64,000 bases of DNA, from assembly GCF_009914755.1 (NCBI RefSeq), contig NC_060946.1; one strand, 5' to 3'. The notes below the pieces were generated by a model. It saw only the letters and a list, made by a program, of their open reading frames with translations, ran no database searches and had not been told where the DNA came from. Shown here in pieces: positions 58,301-64,000 of this stretch (position 1 is its first letter; each line of letters starts with the position of its first letter). A program made the position numbers and the translations under genes. This DNA is from the human T2T-CHM13v2.0 reference genome, Homo sapiens.

Positions 58301-61300
58301 GCAAATGGAATGGAATCAATTGGAGTGGAATTGAATGGAATGGACATGAATTGAATAGGTTGCAATGGAACGGTCTTGATTGGAATGGAAATGAATGGAA
58401 TGGAATGCAATGGAGTGAAATGGAATGGAGGGGAATGAATTGGAATGGAATGGAATGCAATGGAATGGAATGGAATGGAATGGAATCGAATGGAATAGAA
58501 TCTAAAAGAATGGAATGTCTTGGAATGGATTGGAATGGAGTGGAATGGAAGTGATTCGAATGGAATGGACTGGAATGGAAAGGAATATATTGGAATGGAA
58601 TGGATTGGACTCGAATGTAATGGGCTGGAATAGATTAGGCTCAAATGGAATGGATTCGAATGCTATGGACACGAAGGGAATACAATTGAATGGAAAGGTA
58701 TTGAATGGAATTGAATGTAATGGACTGGAATGTAATGGATTCGAATGGAATGGACTCTAATGGAATAGATTCGAATGGAATCAAACAGAATGGAATGGAA
58801 GGGAATGGAACAGAATGCAATGGAATGGACTCGAATGTAGTGGACTCCATTGGAATGAACTCCAATGGAATGTAAACGAATGGAATGGAATCGAATGGAA
58901 TGGAATGGAATGGAATGCAGTGGACTCGAAAGGAATGGACTGGAATGGAATGGTATTGAATGGAATGGAATCGAATGGAATGGACTCGAATGGAGTGGAA
59001 TGGAATGGAAAAGTTTGGAAGTAAATGGACTCCAATGGAATGGACTCAAATGGAATGGACTGGAATGGAATGGACTCGAATGGAACGCAATCAAAAAGAA
59101 TGGAATGGAATGGACTCGAATGGAAAGGACTATAATCGAAAGGTCTCGAATGGAAAGCAATAAAAGCAAATGGAATTGATTGTAATGGAATCGAATGGAA
59201 TGGAATCGAATGGAATAGACTGGAGTGGAATGTACCCGAATGGAATGGAAAGGCATGGAATCGTCTCGAATGTAATGTAATGTAATGTAATGGAATGGAA
59301 TGGAATGGAATGGAATGAAATGGAACAGAATGCAACAGAATCGAATGGAATGGACTGGAATTGAATGGACAGGAATGGAATGGATTCAAATGGAATGAAT
59401 TCGAATGGAATGGATTCTAATGGAATGGACTCACATGGTCTGGAATGCAATGGACTCGAATGGAAAGGTCTCCAAAGGAATGGACTCGAATGGAATGCAA
59501 TCGAAAGGAATGGAATCGAATGGAATGGAATCGAATAAAATGAAATGGAATGGAAATTAAAGTAATTGACTATAATGGAACGGTCTTGAATGGAATGGAA
59601 TCTAATTGAATGGAAATGAACGGAACGGATTTGAATGGAATGAAGTCAAATGGACTGGAGTGGTATAGAATGGACTCGAACGTAATGGACTGGAGTGGAA
59701 TGAAATTGAATTTAATGGACTGGAATGCAATGGAATCGAAATGAATGGAATCTAATGGAATGGAATCGAATCGAATGGACACTAATGGAGTGAACTGAAA
59801 TGGAAAGGTCTCGAAGGGAATGGAATGGAATGGTATGGAATCGAATAGAATGGAACGGACATGAATGGAATGGACTGGAATGGAATGGACTCAAATGGAA
59901 CGCATTCAAAAGGAATGCAATCAAAAGGAATGGAATGGAATGGAATGGAATGGACTCGAATGGAAAGGAGTATAATCGAAAGGTCTCGAATGGAAAGCAA
60001 TAAAAGCAAATGGAGTTGATTGTAATGCAATCGAATGGAATGGAATCGAATGGAATAGACTGGAGTGGAATGTACCCGAATGGAATGGAAAGGCATGGAA
60101 TTGTCTCGAATGGAATGGAAAGGAATGGAATGGAATGGAATGGAATGGAATGGAATGGAATGGAATGGAATGAAATGGAATGGAATGCAATGGAATCGAA
60201 TGGAATGGACTGGAATTGAATGGACAGGAATGGAATGGATTCAAATGGAATGAATTCGAATGGAATGGATTCTAATGGAATGGACTCACATGGTCTGGAA
60301 TGCAATTGACTCGAATGGAAAGGTCTCCAAGGAATGGACTCGAATGGAATGCAATCGAAAGGAATGGAATCGAATGGAATGGAATCGAATAAAATGAAAT
60401 GGAATGGAAATTAAAGTAATTGACTAGAATGGAACGGTCTTGAATGGAATGGAATCTAATTGAATGGAAATGAATGGAACGGATTTGAATGGAATGAAAT
60501 CAAATGGACTGGAATGGTATAGAATGGACTCGAATGTAATGGACTGGAGTGGAATGAAATTGAATGTAATGGACTGGAATGCAATGGAATCGAAATGAAT
60601 GGAATCTAATGGAATGGAATCGAATCGAGTGGACACTAATGGAATGAACTGAAATGGAAAGGTCTCGAAGGGAATGGAATGGAATGGAATGGAACCTAAT
60701 AGAATAGAACGGGCATGAATGGAATGGACTCGAATGGAAAGGTTAAGAATGGAATGGACTCAAATGGTATGGAATGCAATGGACTCGAATGGAATGGTCT
60801 CCAATGGAATGGACTAGAATGGAATTCAATCAAAAGGAGGGGAATCGAATGTAATGGGATAGAATAAAGTTGAATTGAATGGTCTGCAATGGTATAGAAT
60901 GGACATGAATATAATGGACTGGAGTGGAATGGACTTGAATGTAATGGACTGGAATGGAATGGAATCGAAATGAATGGAATCTAATGGAATGGATTTGAAT
61001 CGCATGGACACTAATGGAATGAACTGAAATGGAAAGGTCTCGAAGGGAATGGAATCTAATGGAATGTACTGCAATGGAACGGACATGAATGGAATGGATT
61101 CAAATGGAATGGACTCGAATGGAACGTTTAAGAATGGAATGGACTCAAATGGTATGGAATGCAAAGGACTCGAATGGAATGGTCTCCAATGGAATGGACT
61201 AGAATGGAATGCAATCAAAAGGAGGGGAATCTAATGAAATGGAATTGAATAAAGTTGAATTGAATGGTCTGCAATGGTATAGAAAGGAACTGAATATAAT

Positions 61301-64000
61301 GGAGTGGAGTGGAATGGACTTGAATGTAATGGACTGCAATGGAATGGAATCGAAAGTAATGGAATCTAATGCAATGGAATCGAATCGAATGGACACTAAT
61401 GGAATGAACTGAATTGGAAAGGTCTCGAAGGGAATGGAATCGAATAGGAATGGACTGCAATGGAACAGAGATGAATGGAATGGTTTCGAATGGAATGGAC
61501 TCGAATGGAATGGTTAAGAACGGAATGGACTCGAAAGGTATGGAATGCAATGGACTCAAATGGAATGGTCTCCAATGGAATAGACTAGAATGGAATGCAA
61601 TAGAAAACAGTGGAATCGAATGGAATGGAATAGAATAACTTTGAATGGAATGGACTTGAAAGCAATGGACTAGAATCGAACGGACTGGAATGGAATGGAA
61701 TCGAATTGAATGGAATTGAACGGAACGGATTCAAATGGAATGAAAAGGAATTGAATCGAATGGTGTGGAATGGAATATACTGGAATCGAATGCAATGGAC
61801 TGGAACGGAATGGACTCGAATGGAATGGATTCGAATGGAATGGAATATAATGGAATGGAACCGAATGGAAAGGAGTCCAATGGAATGGAATCCAATGGAA
61901 TAGAATCGAATCGAATGGACACAAATGGAATGAACTGAAATACAAATGTCTCAAATGGAAAGGAATTGAATGGACTCGAATGGTGTGGAATGGAAAGGAC
62001 TCAAATGGAATGGTCTCTAATGGAATGGACACGAATGGAATGCAATTAAAAGGAATGGAACCGAATGGAATTCAATTGAATAAAGGGGAATTGAATGGAC
62101 TCGAAAAGAATGGACTAGAATTGAATGGTCTCAAATGGAATGGAATAGATTTGAAAGAATTGAATGGAATGGACTCGAACGGAATGAAAAAGAATGGAAT
62201 AGAATGTTCTGGAATGGAATGGAATCGACTCGAATGTATTGGACTCGAATAGAATGGAGTTGAATGCAATGGAATTGAATGGAATAAAATCGAATGGAAT
62301 GGAATCTGATGGAAAGGAGTCGAATCAAATCGACACGAATGGAAAGAACTGGAATGGAAAAGTCTCAAATAGAAGGGAATGGAATGGTATGGGATGGACT
62401 ACAATGGAATGGAAAGGAATGGAAAGGAATGGAATGGAAACGAATGTAATTGAATGGCATGGCATGGAGTGGAATGGAATGCAATGTACTCGAATGGATT
62501 GGAATGGAATGGAATGCAACGCAATGGAATGGAATGGAATCGAATAGTATGGAATGGCATTGGATAGAATCAAATGCAAAGAAATGGAATGGAATGGAAT
62601 GGAATTTAATGGAATTGTATAGAATAGAATAAATTGAAATGGAATGGTCTCGAATGGAATGGAATTGAAAGGAATGGAATTGAATGGATTGGAATGGAAT
62701 GCGATTGACTGGAATCGAATGGAAATGAATGCTCTGGAATGGAATGGAATGGAATGGAAAGCAATGGACAGGAATTTAATGGACTTGAATGGAATGGAAT
62801 CGAATGTAATGGAATCAAAAGGAATGGAATCAAATGGAATGTACTCGAATTTAACGGATTGAAATAGTATGGTCCCGAATGGAATGGAATGGAATGGAAT
62901 GGAAAGGAAAGGAATGGAATGGAATGAAATCGAAAGAAATGGAAAGGAATGGAATGGAATGGAATTGAAATGAATGGAAAGGAATTGAAAGGAATTGAAT
63001 CAAATGGAATAGAATCTAATGGAAAGGAATGAAATAAAAAAATGGAAATGATTCAAATGGAAACGACTGGAATAGAGTGGAATGAAATGGAATGGAATGG
63101 ACTCGAATGTAATATACTGGAATGGAATGGACCCAAATGGAATGGAATCGAATGGAATGGACTAGAATGGAATGTAAAGGAGTGGAATGGAATGCAATAG
63201 AGTGGACTTGAATGTAATGGAATGGAAAGGAAAGGACTCAAATGGAATGCAATCGAATTGAGTGGAATGGAATAGAATGGATTGGAATGGAATAGAATGA
63301 AATGGAATGGACTACAATGTAATGAACTCTATTTGATTAGACTCCAATGGAGTGCAATCAAATGGAATGGAATCAAATGTAATGAAATTGAAAGTAATGA
63401 AATGGAATGCAAAGGACTCGAATATAATGGACAGGAATGGAAAGGTCTTGATTAGAGCCGAATGGAATGGAATGTAATCAAATGTAACGGAAGGGAATCA
63501 AATGGAATGGAATGGAATCCAATGGAATGTGCTCCAATGGAATGAACAAGAATGGAATCCAATTAAATGGAATGGAATGGAATCAAATGGAACGTAATGG
63601 AATCAAATGGAATGCAAAGCAATGGATTGGAATCAAATGCAATGGAATGGAATGGAATGGAATGCAATGGATTCGAATGGAATGGAATCGAATAAAATAG
63701 AATGGATAGGAATAAAATAAAATAGAATGCAATGGAATGGAATGAAATAGAGTGGACTTGAAAGGAATGTAAAAGAATGAAATGGAAAGCAAAGAATGGA
63801 ATGGAGTGGATCGAAAAAGATGGAATGGAAAATGTTCGAATGGAATGGACTGGAGTTGAGTGGAGTCGTACGGAATGGAATGGTACGCAATGGAATGGTA
63901 TGGAATGGAATGGGGTGGACTCGAATGGAATGGAATGCATTCGAATGGAATAGAATGTAATGGAGTGCACTGGAATGGAACGGAATGGACTGAAAAGTAT
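46371..64000 (+). repeat. Human satellite 3 (GGAAT/CATTC)n, diverged; probably A-type
   Basis: GGAAT with CGAAT, GGACT, GGTCT and GCAAT variants. I saw no HSat2-type ATCATCGAAT periodicity and no CAACCCGAGT motif. The subfamily call is inference. Confidence 0.92.

Overview
Human/hominoid heterochromatic DNA with no intact protein-coding gene. Bases 1-36984 are a composite array: four same-orientation DUX4-like pseudogene cassettes (truncated D4Z4 units; the first is cut by the window edge) separated by 4-10 kb blocks of 68-bp beta satellite. Three cassettes end in a junction resembling the FSHD 4qA distal end (pLAM followed by beta satellite), but the DUX4 poly(A) signal position reads GTCACA. 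The fourth lost this junction through a ~1.17-kb microhomology-flanked deletion. Bases 36985-~46370 are an unusual (GGAAT/GGAGT)n satellite carrying about 28 short Alu 3'-end fragments arranged as a five-variant, ~1.55-2.0 kb higher-order repeat. Bases ~46371-64000 are classical HSat3 (GGAAT)n with nested tandem duplications. A pericentromeric (e.g. Yq11 DUX cluster) or acrocentric short-arm origin is inferred and cannot be fixed without alignment. Almost all listed ORFs are repeat artefacts. Comparisons with canonical D4Z4/DUX4/Alu rely on recalled reference sequence and by-eye alignment.
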